The position numbers and the translations under genes were made by a program. Below are positions 1 to 9,997 of a DNA stretch of 64,000 nucleotides, in pieces. A model generated the notes under the pieces. It saw only the letters and a program-made list of their open reading frames with translations. It did not search any database and had not been told where the DNA came from. Origin of the DNA: an uncultured Thiomicrospira sp. (GTDB taxonomy: Bacteria > Pseudomonadota > Gammaproteobacteria > CAKMZV01). The DNA is taken from contig OZ239628.1 in the NCBI GenBank assembly GCA_965195345.1, forward strand, positions 832,001-896,000, in the 5' to 3' direction. Numbering within the stretch: position 1 is the stretch's first letter; every line of letters starts with the position of its first letter.

Positions 1-132
1 AGTTGCTTGATTACTCCACCATTATGTATTCATCAGAAGAACAGGCGCACAACTTTTTTACTTAACGTTTATTGCTGTAAATGTTATAAACTGTTGTGGT
101 AATTATGATTTCATAGTGAGAATATAAGGTTA

Positions 133-3100
133 ATGAAAATGAAACATTTAAAACGTTGGGGATTTCTACTACTATTTGTCTTTCTAACTGCCTGTGGGGA
201 TGACACAACACCTTTGTCTACTAATATTAACACAACACCAAACTTAAGTCTCTCTGTCAATACCTTAACACTTGATGAAGATTTTGGCACTTTTATCATC
301 AATACCACTGCTACTGATGCAGAAGATGGGATACTGCCAGTAACCGTATTTGGACAGGCTGGCTTGCTAACCACTGATGTCACTACTGGCCAAATTACGC
401 TCACTTCCATTGCTAATGCTACCGGCATAGCTACGCTCACAGTGCGTGTTGTTGATAGCGAAAACCTCCCCGTTTCCACCGAAGTGGTGGTGACCGTAAA
501 CGCCATCGATGATACGCCTGTTTTGACGTTATCAACGACTAACCTCAGTCTCAGTGAAGATTTTGGCACTTTTATTATCAACACTACAGCAACTGATGTA
601 GAGGATGGTGTATTATCTTTTACAGTATCTGGTCAAGATACAAGTGTATTAACAGTCAGAACTTCCACCAATCAGATAATACTCACCTCCGTTGCTAATG
701 CCACCGGAACAGTCACACTCACTGTAAGCGCTACCGACAGTGAGGCTCTTACAGCTAACACCGAAGTGGTGGTGATCATCAATGACATCGATGATACTCC
801 TGTGCTGACAATATCAACAACGAACCTCAGCCTCAGTGAAGACTTTGGCACTTTTATCATCAACACCACTGAGGGTGATATAGAAGATGGTGTATTACCT
901 TTTACAGTATCTGGTCAAGATGCAAGTATATTAACAGTTAGCACTGCTATCAATCAGATAATACTCACCTCCGTTGCTAATGCCAACGGAACAGTCACAC
1001 TCACTGTAAGTGCTACTGATAGTGAGGATCTTACAGTCTCCACCGAAGTGGTGGTGATTATTAATGCCGTCAATGATACGCCTGTATTGACGCTATCAAC
1101 AACCAACCTTAGCCTCAGTGAAGACTTTGGCACTTTCATCATCAACACCACTGCAAGTGATGCAGAAGATGGCGTGCTTCCCGTTGCAGTGACTGGACAA
1201 GATGCCAGTCTATTCGCCGTAACCACTTCTACCGATCAGATAATACTTACCTCCGTTGCCAATGCCAACGGAACAGCCACGCTCACTGTAAGCATTGTTG
1301 ATAGCGGTAACCTCTCCACTTCCACTGAAGTGGTGGTTGTTGTCAACGCCATCAACGATACGCCTGTATTGACGCTATCAACATCTAACCTCAGTCTCGA
1401 TGAGGATTTTGGCACTTTCATCATCAACACCACTGCATCTGATGCAGAAGATGGTGTGTTATCTTTTACGGTATCTGGTCAAGATGCAAGTGTATTAACA
1501 GTCAGCACTTCTATCAATCAGATAATGCTCACTTCCGTTGCTAATGCTAATGGAACAATGACTCTTACAGTCAGTGCAACCGATCAAGGTGGACTAACGA
1601 CAACGGCAAAAATAACTATTGTCATTAATCCTGTTGATGACAATCCAATACTTAATTTATCAGCAACAAACTTTAACTTACTAATGGATACAGCTGCGGT
1701 GCTCACTGCCTTTGGTGTAGATGTGGATTCAAGCAGTGCCGTGTTGGTCTATTCTGCACAGCAAGAAACACCTCTGTTAAATCAGATACAAATAGCAAGC
1801 AATACCATCGCGCTGGGAGCAGGTAATACTTTAGGCTCAACCACTTTGGTAATCACCGTCACTAATGACAGAGGATTAAGTACTTCTGCAACCGCTCGAG
1901 TTACTGTTTTATCTGCTATTTCGAATACTTTTTTAAATGTAAGTTTAAATGTTAAGCGGATTAACTTTTCTTGGAGTATGCTTCCTGCAGCCAATCATTA
2001 CCGCATGCTCAGCAATGTGAATTTGGCTACAGCGCGTGGCTTTGTTGATGCCAGTAGTGCACATGCAGTGTTTGCACCGAATAGCACCAATATTATCAAT
2101 ACTACAGTCTCTGCGACAGTAAATGTGGCGCGTTATCTTTCTACGGCTGATAGACCAGAGTATCTGCTACAAAGTTGTACGAGTGTGGATAATTCAGCCT
2201 GTTCTACTTATGCACAAGCAGCCCTGAGCAATACTCAAATAAAGGGATTGATTGGTACTTTCAGACCCACTTGGCCAGACTTTGGAGATCAATTTACTGA
2301 AAGTCTGACATTCAATGGCGCTGGTAATATTTTTGTTGCTGGTGCACCTTTTGAAAGCAGTGACTTTACTGGCATCAACACATTTGTTTTAGTAGGTTCA
2401 AACAATAGGGCTAGGGCCTCTGGCGCAGCCTATATTTTTGAGCTTAGTAGCACTGGCACGTGGAGTCAACGAGCTTACCTCAAAGCCTCTAATACAGGAG
2501 TTGGTGATTTCTTTGGTAGAAGTCTGGCAATAAGTGGCGACGGCAATACTTTAGCTGTTGGGGCAACTTTGGAAGACGGCACCTCCACTGGCGTAAACGG
2601 GTATCAATTTAGCGATAATGAACTTCAATCCGGTGCAGTTTATGTTTTTGTGCGTAGTAGTGCCGGTGCATGGAGCCAGCAAGCGTACATAAAAGCTTCT
2701 AATACAGAAATGTATGAACAATTTGGTAGAGCTCTAACAGTCAGCAGTAACGGCAATACCATCTTTGTTGGTGTCCCTCGTGAGGCTACTGGATTAGACG
2801 GCGATCAAACAAGAAACGGTGCACCTCAATCTGGCGGAGTCTATGTTTTTGAGCGCAACAGTTCGAGCGTATGGAGCCAAACAGCTTTAATCAAAGCTTC
2901 TAATTTACAGGCTGGTGACAATTTTGGTGAGGCTGTATCGGTAAGCAGTGACGGCAATGTTTTACTTGTTGGTGCCCCTTTTGAAGCCAGTCTCGCTACT
3001 GGAATTAACGGAGATCAAACAAACAATGCTGGAAATGACACTGGCGCAGCTTATCTTTTTGTCCGTAGTAGCACTGGTTCGTGGAACCAACAAGCCTACA

Positions 3101-3648
3101 TCAAAGCCTCAAATCCAGAGGAATTTGATGTTTTTGGTGCCAGAGTAGCGATAAGTGGTGATGGTAATACCCTAGCCGTTGGAGCGGATTCAGAAGATAG
3201 CAACGCCACTGGAATCAATGGCGATCAAACGAACAATGATGCACTTCAATCCGGTGCAGTCTATGTTTATGCTCGTAGTGGTACCGATACATGGGCACAA
3301 CAAGCCTACATCAAAGCCTCTAATACAGACGCATACGATTTCTTCGGTTCAGATCTTTCAATAAGTGATGATGGTAATAGCTTAACCGTTGGCGCACCTG
3401 GGGAAGACAGCAGTAGCAATGCCATCAATGGGGATCAAATAAACAATAATGTAAATGGCTCTGGTGCAGCTTATCTTTTTGTCCGTAGCAGTAATGGCAC
3501 ATGGAGCCAACAAGCCTATATCAAAAGCCCATTCGCTGTCTCAGGAGTTACACTTGGCACAAGTGTTTCAATGAGCGGTGATAGCAATGCAATAGCCATC
3601 GGTGCATTTAGATTTGACAATAATGCTGGTGAAGTGTATTTATATTAG
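133..3648 (+). CDS. Surface lipoprotein/adhesin with tandem cadherin/Ig-like repeats and a C-terminal FG-GAP (integrin alpha-like) beta-propeller
   Basis: Lipobox FLTA-C at aa 17-21; about six 94-aa repeats (NDTP..L..SEDFG..DAEDG); C-terminal repeats FG.S..SGDGNTLAVGA..E...SGAVYVF...W.QQAYIKASN. Confidence 0.85.
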   Translation: MKMKHLKRWGFLLLFVFLTACGDDTTPLSTNINTTPNLSLSVNTLTLDEDFGTFIINTTATDAEDGILPVTVFGQAGLLTTDVTTGQITLTSIANATGIATLTVRVVDSENLPVSTEVVVTVNAIDDTPVLTLSTTNLSLSEDFGTFIINTTATDVEDGVLSFTVSGQDTSVLTVRTSTNQIILTSVANATGTVTLTVSATDSEALTANTEVVVIINDIDDTPVLTISTTNLSLSEDFGTFIINTTEGDIEDGVLPFTVSGQDASILTVSTAINQIILTSVANANGTVTLTVSATDSEDLTVSTEVVVIINAVNDTPVLTLSTTNLSLSEDFGTFIINTTASDAEDGVLPVAVTGQDASLFAVTTSTDQIILTSVANANGTATLTVSIVDSGNLSTSTEVVVVVNAINDTPVLTLSTSNLSLDEDFGTFIINTTASDAEDGVLSFTVSGQDASVLTVSTSINQIMLTSVANANGTMTLTVSATDQGGLTTTAKITIVINPVDDNPILNLSATNFNLLMDTAAVLTAFGVDVDSSSAVLVYSAQQETPLLNQIQIASNTIALGAGNTLGSTTLVITVTNDRGLSTSATARVTVLSAISNTFLNVSLNVKRINFSWSMLPAANHYRMLSNVNLATARGFVDASSAHAVFAPNSTNIINTTVSATVNVARYLSTADRPEYLLQSCTSVDNSACSTYAQAALSNTQIKGLIGTFRPTWPDFGDQFTESLTFNGAGNIFVAGAPFESSDFTGINTFVLVGSNNRARASGAAYIFELSSTGTWSQRAYLKASNTGVGDFFGRSLAISGDGNTLAVGATLEDGTSTGVNGYQFSDNELQSGAVYVFVRSSAGAWSQQAYIKASNTEMYEQFGRALTVSSNGNTIFVGVPREATGLDGDQTRNGAPQSGGVYVFERNSSSVWSQTALIKASNLQAGDNFGEAVSVSSDGNVLLVGAPFEASLATGINGDQTNNAGNDTGAAYLFVRSSTGSWNQQAYIKASNPEEFDVFGARVAISGDGNTLAVGADSEDSNATGINGDQTNNDALQSGAVYVYARSGTDTWAQQAYIKASNTDAYDFFGSDLSISDDGNSLTVGAPGEDSSSNAINGDQINNNVNGSGAAYLFVRSSNGTWSQQAYIKSPFAVSGVTLGTSVSMSGDSNAIAIGAFRFDNNAGEVYLY
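226..1650 (+). repeat. Intragenic tandem repeat, 282-bp period (94 aa), five similar copies plus a diverged sixth
   Basis: Unit starts gatgatacgcct/aatgatacgcct at 508, 790, 1072, 1354 and (diverged) 1636. Confidence 0.9.
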
Positions 3649-3845
3649 AGTACTTAGATAGCTAAAAGGCAACTTGAATCGCCTGTAATAACCTCAAGAT
3701 TATTTGTTCATCAGGGGGACAGGCATTTATATTTTTCATTTAACGTTTATTGTTTTAGCATGTAAGTAATCCTTGTACGCATGGTCATGCGTATAAATTA
3801 AAAGAATTCAAATTGTCGCAGTATAAAATATGAGCTTTTATCAAG

Positions 3846-3914
3846 CACATGAACTGAGCGGGACAACACAAATCAAATAATCATAATCAGTGATTTGGGA
3901 CTGTATGTGGATGC
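3846..3914. repeat. Degenerate copy of the island-end sequence that adjoins the tRNA-Ile2 3' end
   Basis: cacatg..actg...gggaca...aaatc...aataa.ca..cagtgatttgggactgtatgtggatgc aligns by eye with 30564-30639 (cacatgggactgtatgggacac...cagtgatttggggctatatggggatgc). Confidence 0.7.
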
Positions 3915-4400
3915 GAGATTTCCACTTAAGTATTTAGGCATACAGGAAAAAGATGGAGTAGGCAAAGTGAAGAATTGCCTTTACATAGAGTTTTAGATTT
4001 AGCTAATCTGGTTCTATCAGCGTATTTACAGAAAAAAGGTAATTATGTGCAAAATACGATTTTAGAAGAAGAAATTGTTGAACCAAGCGAGTATGAGAAA
4101 ATACAAAAAGTATATAGAAGACAGTGAATATCTGACAGAAAGGACAAGAGAGTTAAAAAAGACTTTAGAGGAAATCCAAAAATAACTTTATACAACAATT
4201 TTTAGAGCAAATAATAAAACCGTATATTCTTTGCAAGTAATTCCAAAAGATGTAGAGTCACCTATTAAAGGCAGCTTGAATGAGAGGTATAATTTACGCA
4301 TAGTAAACTCCTATCTTGCTATTGTAGAATTTTCTACTTATCCCGACAACTTCTTTTAGGGGGCATTACACTCACGCTTAAATTCAGTTGGATTTTCAAT

Positions 4401-4790
4401 TTATACAGGTTTATTTTGTAATTTTAAAAGTGGTTCTTTTTGTCTATATTCTTGACGCTTATTTTTATCAGAATCATCATCGATACATTGTTCTGAATCA
4501 GCAAAGATGACAATTGATTTACCTGCACTTTTAGAACTCTGATAAGCTATTCCATCAATTCTCTCATCTTGTTTTGTGAAAACATTATTTTTAATGTATT
4601 CAGTCACTACTTGAGTAGGAACATAATCAATGTCTTCTTTGCCATCTTTTTCAATAGGTTTAGAAAAATCTTTTAAAAATTCATCAATAAAAATTAGTTC
4701 ATCTCTATTGCGATTTTTATGTTCATCAAATAAACTAGGAATTTCCTCTACATCTGTTAAATCTATGATGTTGATTTTCCCAACAGGTTT
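4401..4790 (-). pseudogene. C-terminal fragment of a RES-domain protein
   Basis: Open frame reads IIDLTDVEEIPSLFD...FSKPIEKDGKEDIDYVPTQVVTEY...DGIAYQSS...IVIF, typical of the RES C-terminus; N-terminus absent. Confidence 0.7.
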
Positions 4791-5094
4791 AAAAGCGACG
4801 CAATAGACAAATAGGTTTGTTGTTTATGTACTCAACTATTCTTTTGGGATTCTGTTTTAGAGATACCGTATCGTGAATATCAATAGGCCCATAAATACCT
4901 GTTGTCATCATTAAAGGTATTCCTTGAGCATCACCACGAAGCACCACAGCTTGATTTAAGAAATTGAAATTCTTCTCCAATACTTTTGGGTTAACTTGAT
5001 TCTTACAATATTGCCAACGTGGTTCTTGCAAAATTTTCTCACGCTGTTTGGGCGTGTATATGATGTTTTCTTTTGGTTTTGGAACGTGACTCAT
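4789..5094 (-). CDS. Hypothetical protein, possibly a fragment
   Basis: 101-aa ORF with ATG; no recognisable motif. Confidence 0.35.
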   Translation of the reverse strand: MSHVPKPKENIIYTPKQREKILQEPRWQYCKNQVNPKVLEKNFNFLNQAVVLRGDAQGIPLMMTTGIYGPIDIHDTVSLKQNPKRIVEYINNKPICLLRRF

Positions 5095-5367
5095 TAAAAA
5101 TGGTTCCTATGTTGTAGTCTTTTGACAGATTGGTTTTGAGAAGATTGCACTATAAACTCCCTTTTTTTAGTATTTCAAAATGCCATTTTTATTGGGTATA
5201 GGTCCTGGTATGCTCTATGATTACAATGGATTTATAGATGGTGACGATGAAAAATTTCTAAATCTTATGGTTTTTAGTAACCTTATTTTTGTAAGAGTCC
5301 AATCTCTCAACAATTGATGATAGGTCTTATCTAGTTAAGAGGGTCATTTCTAAGTTTTTTAAGTAAT

Positions 5368-6432
5368 TTAAATTTCAGAACGTCTTTGCCAGAATGGACT
5401 ATCAATCCATCTTGATTCCATGTTGTAATAGTTTTTTTTGTGGTTTAAGTACTGTTGCCAAACACCCTCCATTTGTTGTTGATACTTGATGTGGATAGGT
5501 TGATTACTTTGAATAAGCTCAGATAGTTGCATTCCACTTGCCATTGCATGAAATATTCCTTGAGATGATAGTGGATCAAAACTGAGAGAAGAATCTCCTA
5601 TAGCTGCCCAATTTGCATCACAAAACTGTCTTAAACGCGTTGAATTTGCAGGGACAATTCCGCTTTCGTGTATGGTTATTTCTCCATTAAGTACATCTAA
5701 TAGCTTGCTCATCTGAGGAGAAAGTCTGCTATATTCAATAAGTGCATTTGGCTTCTTCTTTAAAGAGTCATCCATCAAGTCAGAATCTGTCTGAAAGGCG
5801 ATGATACGCCTTTGATTAGGTATTGGTACACTATACCACCACCCGTTTTTATCAGCTATAACATGACCATAAGCTTTATGATTATTATTGGTTATACATG
5901 CCCAACATGAAATCAGCTTGTCAAAGCTTTGACGTTCGATTTTAATACTTCGAGTAAATGGAGATGCTCGCCCTCCAGCATCAATGATGAATGGAGCAGA
6001 AATGTTATTTTTAGACGAGGTAGTGATGTTCCATTGACCCTCTTGGGTTTTGGCATGTAAGAATTTTTGATCCCATAAACAATGGATGTTACCTTGTATT
6101 ACTTTTTTGCGAAAGAAGCTTTCGAAAGCCTTTCTATCTATAAACCAACCGAGTCCGTCAGGATTGAAAATATGATCGACATACTGCACCCTATCGCTTC
6201 CCCAATAGGAATGAAACCCAGGGTTAGTAAGATGGTTTTCATGAATAAAATCATCATATATTTTTAAGTTTTTTAAAATTCGTTGACACGCTGGAGGTAA
6301 TGATTCTCCTATTTTTGATTTGGCTTGTATATTTTGATCAATCAGTACAACCTTATGTGTCATTTCTAGTGCTAGTGCTGCTGTACAACCAGCAATACCA
6401 GCACCAATGATGACGACGTCTGAGTGTATTAT
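5368..6432 (-). CDS. lodB: LodB/GoxB-like FAD-dependent flavoprotein (CTQ cofactor maturation)
   Basis: Frame extends upstream of the listed ATG (6363) to DVVIIGAGIAG (FAD-binding); also GESLPP, IIDAGGR and AIGDSSLSFDPLSSQG; lies directly after a LodA-like gene; apparent start is ATA at 6432. Confidence 0.85.
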   Translation of the reverse strand: MIHSDVVIIGAGIAGCTAALALEMTHKVVLIDQNIQAKSKIGESLPPACQRILKNLKIYDDFIHENHLTNPGFHSYWGSDRVQYVDHIFNPDGLGWFIDRKAFESFFRKKVIQGNIHCLWDQKFLHAKTQEGQWNITTSSKNNISAPFIIDAGGRASPFTRSIKIERQSFDKLISCWACITNNNHKAYGHVIADKNGWWYSVPIPNQRRIIAFQTDSDLMDDSLKKKPNALIEYSRLSPQMSKLLDVLNGEITIHESGIVPANSTRLRQFCDANWAAIGDSSLSFDPLSSQGIFHAMASGMQLSELIQSNQPIHIKYQQQMEGVWQQYLNHKKNYYNMESRWIDSPFWQRRSEI

Positions 6433-9368
6433 CTTCTTGGAGATAAACGCCTGACTAATTCAATATTCGATAAATCAACTTTACGATGATGCGTTTCTCC
6501 ATGCATTGATCCATCGTCATTTAGTGGTTTTATTGAACTCGTTTTTTTGCTTTGATCTTTTGTTAGACCTACTTGCATCATTGGAGGAAACTGAGTGTCG
6601 TTCTCAACCCCAGACTGAACTTGAACAATCGCTAATTTATCAAAGTGATCAATCATTGAGTTTATTTGCTTTGTATAAGTGACAGGTTCATCTATTGGAA
6701 GGTCATCTAACCAAGCCGTGCGATAAGCAAAGGATTGTAAACGTTCTTGCTCTGATAATGAACGATCTATTGTTTTATCATACATAGCTTGACTCAAGAT
6801 GTTGTTAGGCACTCTTGCAGGCCAAAAGGTGGGTACATAGGGATCGTATTGTGGTTCATAACCATCTCGACAACTCGCTGTATCACATTGCCAAGGTATA
6901 GCCATCCAACGGGTTATAGCTCCTGCAGTCTGTCCTCCCATTAATGGTCCTTTAGGTAGCGTGATGACACTATTGTTTAAAAGAGGACCGTAATAATGAC
7001 CATTAGTTGGTTCAGTTTTTTTTGCATGTTTTATGCGAAAGGGACTTATGTACATGTCTGGGGTGCGCATAGGCCATGTCATCTCACAACCAGGGTGAAA
7101 AGCATCAGCTAAACAGAAGTCCATTGAGGCTTTAGTCAGCATGTCTGGTTGTTGATTAATAGGTAAATCTTCAATTTCTTGTGGATGAGTTGATAGATTA
7201 TCAGGATCGTAGTCTGCTTCAAAATCTCCTTCTACCCATTGAGCTAAGAAGGATAACTGTAATTCAGATAGAGTGGCATTTTGCCTAACAGAATCGGTTG
7301 GAGGGATATTCATTGCATCACCATATATCCACGGCCATAGTTGAGGGGCTGTTGCTCCAGCAGCATCATAACGACGAAAGTTATTATTGATTGTTTTTCG
7401 TAATTCGTAGAACGATGATGATGGATTGCTTAATTTTTTCAACCATTCTAGCGTTGTGAAATTAAACTGTCCTCCCCATCCAAAAGCGGCAGCAAACCCT
7501 GCATTAACCCATTGCAAATCAGTCATACGTTGGAAGATAGGTAAAATATCGTTCTTAAATGAAGGGCGAGCAGGGCGCTTGAGTGTTCCAGATTGAATAG
7601 CAACATCGCGCATTAAATCCCACATTGTGCGAGTTGATTTTTGCATTGGAGCAAAATCAGGTGGTGCACTAATAACCCAAGCAGGTTCAACTCTTAATTC
7701 AACACCGTTTAATTTAACTTTTGCTTTGACGGGACCGTCGGCAATGTCATCATACCATCCCTCATTGTTAGCGAATGTGACCGCCATATCTCCCTTAACA
7801 TTTTTCGAAACTCCATGCCCACCTAACATAATCAATCGTCCGTCTTCATCAGTTTGCATTTCTCCAAGATAAACCTCATCGTCCATAAAGCGACCAACGA
7901 AACTGAATTTTGAGTGATCTTTAGTATTCTTATCGGATATTTTATGTCCACCACCGTCTATTAAAAGTTTAGTACGGTCAGCAATATCATTATTGCGTAA
8001 TAGAGAGGGAGGGGCGTGTGCTGCTTCAGGAATGTCTAAGGCAAGCTGAAATTCGTACCATGAAGCTTTTTGATTTGCTAAGTGTACTTCCCACTCAATT
8101 TCTGCATTGTTCAATGTTAGTTCTTTTACAGCTTTTCCTGCTGCATTAAATCCGTATATTCTAAATTTTGCAGCCTGTCTTTTAAGCTTACCTGAAGTAT
8201 CACGGTACGCATTTTTATCTGCTCTTGCAATTGGGTTATCAACCTCGGGGCCTATAAAATACGCTTCTTTACTATTTCCAACCCGCATCACGCCTATAGG
8301 GGGATAAATTCCGGCATAAACAATACAGTCGCTTGTATCATCTTCGTTATCTTTAAAAGGTGGATTGATTTTTTCAGGTTCATATAATTGTTGCCCGTTG
8401 GCTTGATGTCGTGCTTTAGCACTTGCTTTATAAACTACTTTTCGAGCATCTGCTATGCTTCCCAAAGGTTCATGTGCTGGTAGAGTTCTCCATATATTAA
8501 ATGCCAGATTCTCTCCAAACTCTTCTTGTCCGATAGCACAAATATCTTGTTTTGGTAGATGTAGTTCTGCAATACATATGTAAGGACTTTTCTGTGTAGA
8601 CCAAACTGATTGAGCATCATCAATTGGCATATTATTATCAGTTCGCAGTTGAACTTCAAAACGAAACTTAGCTGAATCATTACGCAGACGGTTTTGTAAA
8701 TCGTAACCCAGATAATTTAGATTATCAAATGGGGCTCCACCTGTGGTTTTGTCAGGAACGAGTCGGTATTTAACAATTTGGTGATTGCCGAGTTTAAACG
8801 GTAGTATCGCCCAATAGCTCGCCGTAAGACAACTTGCTTCAATTTTTTGCATTTCATCTAATATTTCGGCTACTTTCGGGTGATGTTTCAGATAACTTGG
8901 ATAATTATGGTCAATAGCACCGGCAGTAGTAAATTCGCACATTTGCTTTGCATCAGAGGCAAAAAAATGGTCGATGTTTTGAAAAATGAAATCTGCATTA
9001 TTGCTCTCTCCCAACAGATTTTCTCCAGAAACTCCAAACAATTTTAATCCTACTCCAAGGGTTGAGTGCAGGTCAGGTGCATTGGGTGCTGTATCGCTTG
9101 AAAAGCGAACGACACAGTCATAATGATTGCCGTCAAATATACCAATTTTGAAATGCTTATTAATGTCTTGATTGATGATAAATTGACCGTAGGCAATACC
9201 ATGTTGCTTTCTAAATACTGCTCGTCTGGCAGGTTTTGAACCTTTTTCAATACTATGCTTTTGACCAAACTCGACGAACATTTCTTTGAGTTTTTCTGTA
9301 GCATCGCGTTTGCAATCCCAACATTTAATATTGTTGGCTGAATGTTTAGTCAATGTAGATTTTTTCAT
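6429..9368 (-). CDS. lodA: LodA/GoxA-family CTQ-dependent amino-acid oxidase fused to an N-terminal catalase-like heme domain
   Basis: From about aa 350: IYPPIGVMRVGNS, KRQAAKFRIYG, VHLANQKASWY, GWYDDIADGPV, CLADAFHPGCEMT, MAIPWQCD. N-terminal about 330 aa: KQHG, VRFS, FNIWRTLPAHEPLGSI..ARK.VY. Confidence 0.9.
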   Translation of the reverse strand: MKKSTLTKHSANNIKCWDCKRDATEKLKEMFVEFGQKHSIEKGSKPARRAVFRKQHGIAYGQFIINQDINKHFKIGIFDGNHYDCVVRFSSDTAPNAPDLHSTLGVGLKLFGVSGENLLGESNNADFIFQNIDHFFASDAKQMCEFTTAGAIDHNYPSYLKHHPKVAEILDEMQKIEASCLTASYWAILPFKLGNHQIVKYRLVPDKTTGGAPFDNLNYLGYDLQNRLRNDSAKFRFEVQLRTDNNMPIDDAQSVWSTQKSPYICIAELHLPKQDICAIGQEEFGENLAFNIWRTLPAHEPLGSIADARKVVYKASAKARHQANGQQLYEPEKINPPFKDNEDDTSDCIVYAGIYPPIGVMRVGNSKEAYFIGPEVDNPIARADKNAYRDTSGKLKRQAAKFRIYGFNAAGKAVKELTLNNAEIEWEVHLANQKASWYEFQLALDIPEAAHAPPSLLRNNDIADRTKLLIDGGGHKISDKNTKDHSKFSFVGRFMDDEVYLGEMQTDEDGRLIMLGGHGVSKNVKGDMAVTFANNEGWYDDIADGPVKAKVKLNGVELRVEPAWVISAPPDFAPMQKSTRTMWDLMRDVAIQSGTLKRPARPSFKNDILPIFQRMTDLQWVNAGFAAAFGWGGQFNFTTLEWLKKLSNPSSSFYELRKTINNNFRRYDAAGATAPQLWPWIYGDAMNIPPTDSVRQNATLSELQLSFLAQWVEGDFEADYDPDNLSTHPQEIEDLPINQQPDMLTKASMDFCLADAFHPGCEMTWPMRTPDMYISPFRIKHAKKTEPTNGHYYGPLLNNSVITLPKGPLMGGQTAGAITRWMAIPWQCDTASCRDGYEPQYDPYVPTFWPARVPNNILSQAMYDKTIDRSLSEQERLQSFAYRTAWLDDLPIDEPVTYTKQINSMIDHFDKLAIVQVQSGVENDTQFPPMMQVGLTKDQSKKTSSIKPLNDDGSMHGETHHRKVDLSNIELVRRLSPRR

Positions 9369-9880
9369 GAAGATGTTTAATGTGTAATGAAATTAATATA
9401 AATATATAATATCGTGATAATAAGCCAACAGTATTAATTACAATTAATTGGAACTGCCAGAATAATAACTCATGACTTTTAGTATACATGAATTCTCTGC
9501 ACTCAATTCATTTTTTAATCAATAAAATTGATGTTGAACCGAAATATTCTATAAGAAAAAATGATATTGCAGACCGTACTAAACTTTTAATGCATATCAC
9601 TGCGTTTGCAATAGTTATAGGGATTCAAACATGATTTTTTGAATTCCTCTACTGTAAGAATAAGACGGCTGTATTTAGAGTTAGAACGTTTTGTTTTAGT
9701 CCTGAATGCAAGCAGGACTAAAGCACATTAAATGGAGTTGATATGGATACTTATTCTGATTTGTGTAGATTAGTAAGTACACCAAAAAAAGGGTGAGTAA
9801 AAAAGGCTGATAAAAAACAAAGTCAGTCGGTATATACAGATAGTTTGTTTTTTAGTGGTCATTTTATATTCATTAATTTC

Positions 9881-9910
9881 AAAGCCCTAACTTCGGTTAG
9901 GGTTTTTGTT
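9881..9910 (+). terminator. Probable intrinsic terminator
   Basis: aaagccctaac-ttcg-gttagggttttt hairpin followed by a T run. Confidence 0.65.
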
Positions 9911-9997
9911 ATTAGGAGGTGATTGCGGTAGCGCTTTAGAAGTGACTTTGATACAATTGTTTTAGTATCTATTTAGGATGAACAAGATTATTTTAGG

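Noticed and set aside
111-1994. Repeated minus-strand ORFs (111-584, 672-869, 954-1226, 1236-1433, 1782-1994)
   Set aside because: Antisense shadows of the repetitive adhesin gene; the same applies to the many short ORFs overlapping backbone genes
9500-9730. CRISPR array, prompted by the spacer-sized lodA match and a hairpin at about 9694-9722
   Set aside because: No regularly spaced direct repeats and no cas genes anywhere in the window
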